Below are positions 25,001-36,227 of a stretch of DNA of 64,000 bases, in pieces (position 1 is the stretch's first letter; each line of letters starts with the position of its first letter). This DNA comes from Hyphochytrium catenoides. Taxonomy: Eukaryota > Protista > Hyphochytriomycota. The position numbers and the translations under genes were made by a program. The stretch is from the NCBI GenBank assembly GCA_900088475.1, contig FLMG01000893.1, positions 1 through 64,000 of the forward strand, written 5' to 3'. A model generated the notes under the pieces. The model saw only the letters and a list, made by a program, of their open reading frames with translations. It searched no databases and was not told the DNA's origin.

Positions 25001-28000
25001 CAGCATATCTCATAGAGATGTTGACAGGATCACCGGTAGAGGAGATCGACTTAATTGGTAAAGAACAGGTGAAAAAAACATCGTTCTAGCTCAGTCACGT
25101 CGACACGAAACTATACTTCTTTCTCTGTCCGATCTGTGTATGGGTGAGCTTTGCGTGCCACAAAGCACATCTCTCTGCCCACTTCGTCACTACCTTCGCT
25201 TGGCGATTCGTTTGATTGGCGTTCCGCGTTAGTCCGCCCCTACTGATTTCATTATGACGAGGTAGGGAACGAGTCGGGATCCAGTCCTATTATGGACAGC
25301 ACTGTCGACATCGAGCGATTCTGGGATCGTTCTCTATGGCTGCACTGCCGAGCCGCAGACGTCTTTGCTTGACGCAACAGAGACTAACATAACATCAGGT
25401 GCTGAGCGGGCGTTAAGCCTTAACAAGAATGTAGAAGACCTAGCTGAGCGTCAATGCGCTGAAGTCCAGCCTTCCAATCTTCAGAAGGGTCATGGTGGAG
25501 ACAGTATGGAAGAGAGCAAAGAGAGAGAAACAGCTGTCCGAGAACGGTCGATGAAGAAGGTGCCTTCAAGAAGAATGGTGAACCGCTTTCGACGACCCCT
25601 CGGCCTGTCCGTCAGACAATCCAAGGAGATACCTACATTTGTCCCTCCTATACGCGACAGAGCATGTGGCATCACTTATCACTACAATTACGCAGTGGAT
25701 GAGTGCATAGAGGTCGTTCTTCTTTGATGCTTGGTCTCTTTTCCTCCCAAACACCGGCATTCTTTCCAAAAGCTATCGAGTACTCCGTCAGTTTTATTGT
25801 GCAGTAGTCCGAACCTTTCTTAGCATCTTTTGCGCTTGATGGTACACTCCGCTGACCACATACGTTATTTCAATGTCCTGCATCTGTCAGCAATCCTTGC
25901 CTATTACTGTCTTCTTCCGATTCGTCAGGCATCTCCTCTTAGCGCTTTACCTTCGTCCAAGCCAATCACTTGCTTCCATCGTCTTAAATCTTCATGACAT
26001 AGGTTGAAGGCCTCTTCTTCGTTCGCTTCCGGTGCTCCCTGCCTCTCCTAGTCCCTTTATGGAGTGGCCCTTGGCAGGCTGAGGATCCGCGCTGGAATGA
26101 GATGAAAAGCGTCAAGCAGCTTCTCTGCCGACCAGAGGAAGAATCCCGCTCTACTTTCTGGGCAGTCAGAGAGGATGCCTTAAAGGTATTTAACCACTGG
26201 TTCACTTGCAAGCTACTAAAGGACAGGTAAGACAGCCTTACAAAGGGCGCAGGTTTTACAAGATTCTCTAGAATAGCACGGTCTTCAACCATTAATGCAA
26301 GCAAGAGGAAGTCTCGAAAACCCATACTTTTGAGACGCAAGGGACGCAGGGCTGCGTGGATATGGGTGATGGCTCATGTTAGGGCCAGGATCAATGAGAA
26401 CCACAATCGTTGCTAACCGCCGACATGATAGCTTGCGGTGCCAAGAGCAATCTGGAAAGTGGGGGAACAGCATCCTGGGAAGGACGTTTGCCCAGTCACC
26501 CGAGCTATGGATCACCCTACCTCACTTTCCTTTGGAGATCACGGAGGCCGCAGACTATCTCTTCCAGCTGATCTTTACAGAAGGTAAACAGTAATCTACC
26601 TTCAGCCCCTCTTTCTCTCATGCCCTAACAATTGCTTGTCACATTTTCTTCACAGCTGTGCTATTATTTTTTGGTCGGCGCATATTTGAGTTCTTTTGCA
26701 ATCATTAGTGGCATGCTGTCCCTAGAAAGACCCTGTACTGACGCTAACTCTCGCTTCAGATCCACGCCTTGGATTAGACAGATCCAGTTACCGGCTTGGG
26801 TTGCTGATAAAGACGTTCATTTGGACAGACCAGGACAACAAGGTATGACAGCGAAGAGAATGTCTATAAGAAATGAGAGAAGCGGAATATCAGACAGGCA
26901 ATAGTGAAGCGATGCTCTTCGCACTTGCGCTTAAAATAGACGAATCTCAGTCTATTTATTCTTCCTTTCTATGCGTTCAGAGCCCATTTTATTAGCATCT
27001 TTCAGTGGCATCTCAAGGATAATTCCCTTGATGATCTAGGGGTGTTGGGCTTTCTGCGCTATTTCTCGCTGATGCGGCGCCTTGCTATCTTCTCTCCTCC
27101 GACTACTACAACTGCCTCCCTCTAAATGGTCCCACCACCCGCTGCGCTCTCATGAAGACTGCACAAGGCTTAGGCCAGGTAGAGCTGCTAGCCGCATCCT
27201 CCAATGAGAATATCCAGAACGGCGAGCAAAAAGTGAGCGCGCTTTGCTCAGAGTTTGATCCAAAGGCGACAAATGAGTAATGTTGTTCTGTTATAAACCT
27301 TCTAGGGCGAGAACAGAAGAGGCGACGAAGACTCAGAGAAGCAGGCGAAAGACAGAGTGGAAGGAGACGGTCAGAAAGCAAGATTGAAGGAGGAAGGCAT
27401 GCTGCAGCTGCTGGAGCTTTCTCTCGGTGGAGCATATGCCGAGTTATCCCCAGGTAAGGCGAGTGCATAATCACCTCACTACCTCTCGAGCGCAAAAAGT
27501 CACTTCCTTTCAATTTGCAGGGCCACTAGCGCTTTCGTTTGCTTCCATCTGCTCAGGGTTTTTTTCGGTCCATGCGTCTCTCTGTCACTTTCAGTGTCCT
27601 CTGCCCTTAATGCACAACGCCATAAAGTGGGGAGACAGCATGTAACGTCTCATTATTGCCCTCAAATGCCTATCTTAGGACAATATGTGGTGGTGCCCTT
27701 GCTGCTTATCTCATCAGATGACAAAGGAGACACAATCCAGATTGACTGGCGCGCTCAGGGTTTGCACTCAGGTACGATTAACTACAACTGCACGAAGTCT
27801 CTGACTTGCTTCTTCATACCATTTCGCCACCAACATCACTCCTCTACTTCTCAAGGATTTTTTACTGTCTATACACAGCTTCTCAGTGTCCCAGCATCAA
27901 ATTTCTTTCTTATTAGGCATTTTCCTCTGCTTTTCCTGATCAAGATGTTTTCACTCTAGACTTCTATGTTTGCGTCATCGGGAAGCCCGCCTGTCGACTA

Positions 28001-28039
28001 CTACCGATGGAGAAGAGTGAGGCGGTTTTCCCCAGCTGA
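22092..28039 (+). CDS. N-terminal EF-hand (calcineurin B/recoverin-like) fused to a degenerate calpain CysPc and domain III-like region; many exons
   Basis: Spliced start MGNELATLS; EF-like FLDGEKRGLVDAHELL, KLQFIFSIFDF, LTLAEFVDY; calpain motifs GLYGVRLF, WRIVTVDDFLP, WVGLLEKAIAKELGGYEAL, EMLTG, WSGPW, LSPGQYVVVP. Confidence 0.75.
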
Positions 28040-28354
28040 TTGAGAGCTGGAAGTCTATCGCTGTGCCCAACTATCTCAGAAATAATGAAAAAATGAGAAG
28101 AATGTGCTACCACGTACTCTCTACAGAGGTGGAGGCGAATGTTTATCAATGTAATGCTTGACGACCATTGCATCAGACTGTAGCTTCGCCTGCAGCCACC
28201 GCTATCAGAGCAAGATGTAGACTATGGTCTCTGTCAGTCCCAAATATTTATTCTGTATAATCGTAATAATAATAAACTATTGATCTGACTTTTGTTGCCC
28301 GTTAGCGGCCATCCGTTGGGGCTGGGGCTCTTTCGTAGCCGCTAACCGCCCTGT

Positions 28355-28595
28355 GATGCTGGTCTTCTGACTTCTGACTGCATCAGCAAAAGATTTCTCG
28401 ACGTCTACCAAAGGTTACCTTTCACTCCTCCTCAGCGCTACTGGGGACTCCAAGCTCATCATTAGGATTCGAACCCTATGGAGGTTGCCTTGCCCACGAA
28501 ATCCTGCGCTCAAAGTGGTATTCATGCCTGCATCAGGGACTCGTGGACTGGGGTCAACCAGACCTTGTAAGGGTCATTGCCCCTTAACCAGCATC
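28355..28595 (-). ncRNA. Candidate structured ncRNA (Pol III B-box followed by C/D-box-like unit)
   Basis: Minus strand GGTTCGAATCC (28465-28475), ATGATGA (28456-28462), CTGA (28432-28435 and 28383-28386), enclosed by 9-bp inverted repeat GATGCTGGT/ACCAGCATC. Family not identified. Confidence 0.3.
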
Positions 28596-28841
28596 CTGCT
28601 GCGTTTCTAGCCTCGAGAGATATGTGATCTTCACGTCCTTCCAGGCTACTAAGCAGTTTATCACTGGCGCGTTAGCTCTACCAGAAGTCAAAGGACAGCT
28701 CTTCTCAATAAAGATAGCCTTGTCATCGTCAAGTTGAGCTGCTGCTATAGATAACTTACTTCGTCCAGCAGAGCAGCTCACAACTCTTCCCACTGTGTAC
28801 AGCCTTTTTGTGTTGTTCGTTATCCGCCCGGAAAGGACATA

Positions 28842-31223
28842 ATGTCTTCGCAGATTATTCAAGCGAAGATAAAGAAGCTGGTGGAGATCCGAACGGACTC
28901 AAGCACCATGTTAGACGCGCTCAACTCTCTGTCGGCGTTCTACGAAGCCCATGCCGATGCCAGCAGAGGAGCACATGGTCAAGACAATAAAGCTGCTATC
29001 AAAACGACCGCGGATGCTCGTAGAGAACTACGGTCAGACCTCGAAAAGCAGAGCTTCCGTCTCGCCGAAGAGTTCCTGGCTTCGTTTGAGGACTTTGAGG
29101 CCAGGGTGGAAGACTTAGAAAGGGTGACGACGGAGCTGGACAACAAATGTCTTAGTATTCAACAGAGGTAAGTTATTCATGTATGCCTGTATGTGTGGCC
29201 TTAAGGCCTTGGCATCAGATATCTCTTGGGCGCGTGGACATGTGCTGACTTGTCAAGTGCGGGATACGCAGTTCTTCTCGTGTTGCCAATAGTTTAGTCA
29301 CGTTTGGCCCTGACCTAGCCGTGCCTAAACTAGTCCACTGTCCCGGACCAACATTAATGAAAGGTTTACCTGTGCAGGATCCAGCAAAATAACGAGGACA
29401 CGTCGCGCTTTATGACGCGCATAACTGAGCTGCTCCAGAAGAAAGATGTTATGCAGAAAAGGCATGCTTCCCTTTCCCGTTTCTTGGAGAACTTCCAACT
29501 CTCAGAGGAACAGGCTGAGGCCCTACGGACAGCTCCTGTGGATGCTGCGGAGGAAGGAGAGTTTTTTCGCGCCCTCCGAAGAGCGAAAGAGGTGCGAAAG
29601 ATGTGCCAAGATCTACTTAGTTCGGACCACCACACCGCTGGCATTGAACTCCTAGAAAGGTCTGCAGGATATCAGGACATTGCATATGACAGACTCTATC
29701 GGTGGGTCCAGGACGTGTGCTCAAACGTCACCTTAGATCTAGTGGATGTCATTCCTGTCCTTCATCTTGTTATGCGAGAGCTCGTTGAGAGACCAGCTTA
29801 CTTCCTTCACAGTCAAGAGACAATATGCTCCCTTCGGTCCGGACAGCTCCTCCGTCGGTTCATCTTTGCCCTCTCGCGGGGCGACAGGCCTATAGAGATG
29901 CATGCACATGATCCTGTTCGTTTTGTCGGTGAGATGCTCGCCTGGACTCACCAAGCACTAGCTGCTGAGAGCGATTTCCTTCGGGCCATTAACGGCTTAG
30001 AGGTTGGAAGCAAAGGGAAGCCTGGTAAGAGCAGTGAGCTGAACCAAAGGAATACAAATGAAGAGGCCACTGGAAACGCCGAAGTAAATATGGAGAGGAC
30101 AGCCATGACGATAGAGCAGAGTCTCCATCTCATCTTTGACGGAGTGTCGAAGCCCCTCGCTGCCCGCGTCAAGCAAGTCTGCGCCCAGCAGAAGGCTGCA
30201 ACCATGGCCTATCGCCTCTGTCATCTAGTCGGTTTCTACTACGTAACAATCTCCAGCTTTCTTTCGCAGTCGGAAGGCCCACTTACTGCCAGTCTTGCCG
30301 AGTGTCGCCAAGAGGCCAACCAGACTTTTAAAAAGCTACTGGAGGGGTACATAAGTAACCTTCGCAATTCTCCGCCACCTTACCCTTCTGATCTCTCGCC
30401 GACAATGTTTACCGTCGAGGCTGTTGCTCTCATGTCGGAGCTCTGTGAAACGTACGATAATTCGCTTCTGGATGAATCTGAGCCCGAGTGCCAGATCGGC
30501 AGCACTCTTCTACAACTCTCAGACGCACTTCTAGCAGTGACAGAGGACAGTGCTCAGGCGCTAGATCGTTCTGACATCTCTGTGCTTATGCTGAACAATA
30601 TCTATCACCTGACTGAGCCACTTAAGAGGTTTGACTTCGCAGGTCTAGTGGTCAGGGACCTGCTAACAAAGGCGGAGGCCTGGCTGTCTTCTCTTGGACA
30701 GAATCAGGCCCAAAAACTTCTGACTAGCCTTGGGATCAGTGAAGTAGTAAAGAAGATACACGAGAACAAAGGAAAAGAGGTAAGGATTGAAAAGCGACAT
30801 GCAGGAGGCTGCAGTGCTAGCGGAATGGGTTGATTCACCGTTCCTGTTATTGACTGCAGCTTGCTAGATTTATCAATGCCATGATTCTGCAAGCCGGAAG
30901 ACTAACTCTGCTTTGCTTGCAACCGCGGCTCTTTGTTTCATGTTGTTCAGCTCTCCAAGCTACCTGGGCTGGACCGCTATACTCTCGCCCATGCTATGCG
31001 CCAGTTTTATGGAGTACTTGCAGAGTTTAACCTTCCTCAAATTGATCGATTAAGAGACCCCGTTCAGAGAGATAAAGGCAAGAGAGAAATCTCCATCCTC
31101 CTCTCGAATGCCCACAACACCATCTATGAAGCCTTGCACGACGAAAAGAACGGATACGAGGACCCATTCTCCATAACCCTTCATTCTCCAGATCAAGTCA
31201 GAGCCCTTCTGGACATAGTGTGA
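28842..31223 (+). CDS. COG6: Conserved oligomeric Golgi complex subunit 6 (3 exons)
   Basis: ARRELRSDLE, AYDRLYRWVQ, RPIEMHAHDPVRFVGEMLAWTHQA, C-terminal HSPDQVRALL. Confidence 0.93.
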
Positions 31224-31457
31224 TGGGACCTCAGGCGTCTGGCGAGGGTTGAGGGATTCACACAGCACTGCTTAGCTTTTCTGACCTTCTGAGTGGTTTC
31301 CCGGTGCAGGTGAAGTCGTCCCCTACTCCATCCCAAAAGGAGGAAAGACTGAGAGCAATACATATTCCTTCTGCCATCTCACGTCTCTTCTGCTATATAG
31401 CTCAGCCGTCTATCTTAGCTCCATGGGAGCGAAATAAAGGTTGTCCGAGTGCCAGTT

Positions 31458-34400
31458 CTATTCTGTTGCATCACACACAACAACCTCTGACTGACAGATG
31501 GTTATAGCAGTGCGCTTCCGGGAACTAGGAGAGAGAACAGAGCCCGAAGGAAAAAGAAGGCCGGGGACGCCTTTCGGACGTTCTGGTACAGGAGATGTCG
31601 TCGCAGTATCCCTCTTCCCTTCCTTTTCTTCGTGAACTGCTCCCGTCTTGGGTAAGTGGCCATAGCCTTTGCTTGGAGGTCCTCTCCACAGTCTCTCCTT
31701 CACGAGGAAGACTGGGAAGGAGGATAGCATGAAGAGGATCCCCGATAGGGACGGTCCCTGACACAGAGGATCAGCTATGAGAACCAAAATGCAGAGATAG
31801 ATCATATGAAGCAATAAGGGCACTCAACGACATAACGTTGGTGGTACACATATAGATACCGTGCAAAGAGCATAGCAACTACAAAGGTAGAGTCGTTTAT
31901 GGGAGAAAGGGTGCCACTCAACTGGTTGTTCCACAAGGCAAGAGGCAGCAAGCGTCATCGACATGGTGATGAGTACCAGAGGAGAAAAGGGATAGCAGCA
32001 AACTTTGTATGGACGAGAGACATGACTCTTTTTCCTCCTCAGCGTGACCAGCGAAACTCCTGCTAAACCGTAAGTGATCCATAGGGAGATTCCAACCCCG
32101 CTGATCAAGGACTGGGGAGCCAGAGGGAAGGATAGAGTAAATAGAAAGTATTTAGGCAGTTCAGAATTAGATTATAGTGGAATAGTGAAGAAGGTATAAG
32201 ATGACGCCTGGCCTTACAAGAACCAAGACCCGACCGTAGGAAAAGAGGAGACTTGATGCCTACCTCCACATCCGTTACTAACGCTAGAAGGGATGACCAG
32301 CAAGCTTGAGCCACGAGAGCATTTGAAGGCGACGAAGTGCGGGAGCTCAGAGCGCCCAAGCCTCGGGGTAGATCGCCATCCCTAGCTGAAGCTAAATGAC
32401 GGCCTTAGCGACAAGGAACCAAAAACATAAACTGAAATATAGACCATTGAAGGGGAACAGGTTCAAGAAGGGGAAATCCTGTTCAGAGAGTGCACCAGCG
32501 ACTGCCTCGCACCATAGTGAATAAAGGATATAATCTTGACCTTGGACGAGATAGGGGACGAAGAAGAGAAGGACAGAACCCAGCGCTTGAGTGTGTTAAG
32601 GTTTGCCAGAGCATAGGAGGATCTCCTTACCCATAACTAGTCTTGCTCCAGTCATCAACAGGCCGTTCAGCGCGCCAAAGGCAGAGAGAGCAACGCCCAG
32701 TCCCATGATGATCTCGCCAGCCTTTCCTGCCACCTCTCCCCCGAAATCTAATGCTAAAAGCTTTGTGGAGGCCACCACCTTGAGGGGAAGCACCGCCATG
32801 TAGATGACGTTAAGTACCATGTAGAGAAGTGTGACCAGGCAAATTCCAGCGTTAATGGCTCGAGGCAGAACTATCTCAGGATTAACAATCTCCTGAGAAC
32901 AACGGATCAGAAGTCAGCGAAGGAGCCGAATGCCTATCTGTTCATAACCTCGTCGCCGTTGTCTTCTGGACTCCTTGGTTACTCCTGTTCCCCACTCTCT
33001 AAATCTGTTCTGCCGTTGTCTCTCTCTTTACGTCTTATGTCGGCACATAAGCTACCTCTAGCCACTTCTTCGGTCTGTCATACCTCAGTTAAATAGTTGG
33101 CCTGCACCCACCTAACGAGAGACAGGATTGGGATCAAACAGCTGATACACCTGATGGGGACCATAGAAACACTAACCCGTCGAAAGCCCATAAAGCAGCG
33201 ATCAGGGCCGTCCCTAGATTAAGTTTGAAGCCAGCTTCTGAAGCGGCAATCGAAGGCGATGGCGAATCTGTGACCGTGGCGTCTTCGGGAGACGATGTCG
33301 TTGAGGAAGAAGTTGATTGAAGTCCGAAGGAAGACAAAGAATGGAGTGCTCCTGTCAGTATCATAATGATAATCACCACGAACTTGGCGATTGACGCCCC
33401 GTTTTGGATGTTGGCACCGGTTCTGGACCCGAACATGTTTGCTGCAGATAGAAACCAGATGGCTGCTATCGCGGCAACCTGCAAACAGAGACAAGCGACA
33501 GATAAGTTAAGGCCCAGAGAAGGCCGTATTCCAGGAATGGTCAACGCAACCAAGCTAGAGTTTATTCCTCACAAGCGAGCAAGAAGTATATCATATAGAA
33601 CCCCAGCAGGCGGACTACCACCTTCACTGATGAAGAAGCTTCCTTGTTGGTGTGATTTGAGTCGACTCCCTCCGAGGATGAAAACAGGGAGACCACATAT
33701 TCAGCAAATACCAGAGACACCAGGGCAGCCGAGCCGGGGTTCAAGAGCAAGTTCTTGGTCCATGAGAAGGCTGGCATAAGACACCATACGTGAGACATGG
33801 TTTAGTAAGTGACAATTAGAAAGGTGCGGGCTGTCTAGCTGCAAACAAGGAAGCCAGAGGTTCTAGTACTGTGTGGCAACAGCCTTAGCAGAATAAAAAG
33901 CTTTTTAGGGAAGGAAGCACCACGCCGGCAGCGATCCACACAGGTTATCAGCACAGGAGAGCGCAGCAAAGGTGCTTCTTATACAGACCGAAGGCCATTT
34001 GCTTGCCAAATGCAAGCTGGAAATAGAAGTACTCCGCCCCTACAAGAAGGCTTCGTTTAGATGCCACGAAGGTAGTCTCTCTCTCGAAGTTTGTCAGCAT
34101 CTCTCGGTCTCCTATCCATGATCGCCTTATCCCTTTATGTCTGTGGATTATGGTCTTATTTAGACTCCTCTCGATTGGGTTCATATTTTGTCTCCTCTCC
34201 TTGACTGTTTGGATCACCTCCTGCCGCATGATAAGCGCAGAGCAAGCAATCTATTCTATTGTCGTCCTGGATAGGGTGAGACCAGCAATACCTACCCGCA
34301 TGGGGGAACGCGGCTCCCAATTCAGCATAGCACAGTGACCCATAGGCCACGAGTATGCCAGCAAATAACCAGACGGCAACTGTCAGTATCGCCGATCCGC

Positions 34401-34861
34401 CACAATTGGCAAGGACGATGCCCGGACTCACTGCATAATCCGAACAGAGAAGTAGGAGATTAGTTTGAGATTGGGGGAGGACGGGGAGACATAGAGATCA
34501 TCTGAAAACAAGCAAAAATGAACCCGATTGAAAGGAGTGGACAGACGTGTTTGGTGGCGAGAGACTCACAGAAAATCCCGCTTCCAACGATACTTCCAAA
34601 GAGTAGTGAAACACTGGCCGGGATCAATGTTGTCAGATTTATGCTACTGGATTGATAAGTCATCTTGAAAGATAACATGCAACGAGCTTACGCATCAAGA
34701 AAGCCTAGTCGTCTGTCCGGAGTGCTCTGACTTCGTAGAGCTTCTGGCTGAGCGTCGATTCCATCCAGTGGCGCTTGCAGAGGAAGTGATGGATCCAGCG
34801 TGATGGCTTCAGCACCTGCTTCAAGGCCAAACTTTGGATCGAGGCCCTCCTCCTTGGACAT
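31458..34861 (-). CDS. L-type amino acid transporter (SLC7/APC family permease), many exons
   Basis: GSIVGSGIFLSPG, GSLCYAELGAAFP, AALWAFDG, EIVNPEIVLPRAI, SAFGALNG, LRRKKSHVSRPYKV. Confidence 0.9.
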
Positions 34862-35422
34862 CTCAGTACCTGCACTGACTCTAGTACAACTCCTACAGCT
34901 TCCCAAACAGCGGTAACATCATAAAGGGGAAGGCTCGACGTTCTTGTGCGCAGACGCTTATCACATTACCCTCTGCATATCGGCCTATTGACCAGACAGC
35001 TGGCCTAAGATTGGAAGCAACAATGGCAATAACGGAGCTTGGTGCTGCATCGCAGCCTCCTTGTCCTTTGGTTCTGACTGTGTAAGGCTTGCTTCCCGAT
35101 ATCAGCCTTCATCAGCCTTCATGGAGATCTTGAGCCGGCAGATCCAGGAGCGGAGGCAGGCAGAGTAGGAGGTCAGAAACTGCCTCCTGCTTTCTAAGAA
35201 GAACTTTGGACCTGTTGAAGTCGAAAGTGGCACGTGATGGTCACTATTAGGTCGTATTTCTTATCAGAACTCGTATTAGCTTAGTCTGGTCTTTGCCATA
35301 ATAATAGTATGTACGGTATTATAAGTCCCTATTTAGACCATAAAGTCTTAATATTGGCGCTATTTACTCTTCAAGTCCACGAACGGAGGTGGTCGTGCTT
35401 CTGTGGTCTATGAATGACTCAT

Positions 35423-35720
35423 CACCTCTCTCTCTCTCTCTCACTCTCTCTNNNNNNNNNNNNNNNNNNNNNNNNNNNNNNNNNNNNNNNNNNNNNNNNN
35501 NNNNNNNNNNNNNNNNNNNCTCCCTCTCTCTCTCTCTTCTTTCCTCCCACTCTTGTCTCTCTCTCTCCACTTCGCTTGCCCCTCTCTGTCTCCGCTCTCC
35601 GCCTCCTTCTCTCTTCTAGTTCTTGTCTCTTTTCCTCTCTATTTTCTCTCTCCCTCCCTCTGTCTCCCTCTCTCCGTCTCTCTCGTTCTCTCTACCACCT
35701 CTCTGGCTCACTGTCTCTCC
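35423..35720. repeat. CT-rich microsatellite/low-complexity tract spanning an assembly gap (N 35452-35519)
   Basis: Direct reading. Confidence 0.9.
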
Positions 35721-36227
35721 TGATTGAAGGGATGCCGGTACAAAGGGCAAGCTCCCATTGTTCTTTGCCCATAGAGCTCACAGCTGCGAAGCTCATTAAC
35801 AGACAGCACCGAGAGAGAGGAGATCTTGGATAGCTTCCAGGCATAGAAACTTCCCTATCCCCACGTCCATACTCCTAAGGCAGACAGGAACTCATCAATA
35901 TCCTCAAAAGCCAGAAGGTGTCCCCAGGCCAGACCCTAAGTCTGTTACTCAGGCACCTTTAGCTTGTCAGCGAGCGATCCACACTTCTGCCATAATCTCC
36001 CTTGGACCTCAGACCCTCTTCGGGAAGCTGGAGCTCCTACGTCCGTATTCGTATCTCCTTTGGGTCCCAACGTTATATGCGCACTTCTTTTCCCCTTAAC
36101 ATTCTGAGGCAAGTCCCTGGCTTATTGCACTTCTGTCGAATCTGTGATCTGAGCTGATCGCGCTGAAGAGAGAGAAGTCAGAACCATTGGGCTACCGTTC
36201 ACTTACAGAGCAAGCACACCTGGGACC

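Noticed and set aside
28440-28520. Canonical tRNA gene around GGTTCGAATCC
   Set aside because: The T-stem is imperfect and no acceptor-stem partner or anticodon arm could be built. TPP riboswitch, RNase P/MRP and hammerhead fits also lacked core motifs.
35364-35833. ORFs rich in ER/SL repeats
   Set aside because: Artefacts of the CT microsatellite and N gap.
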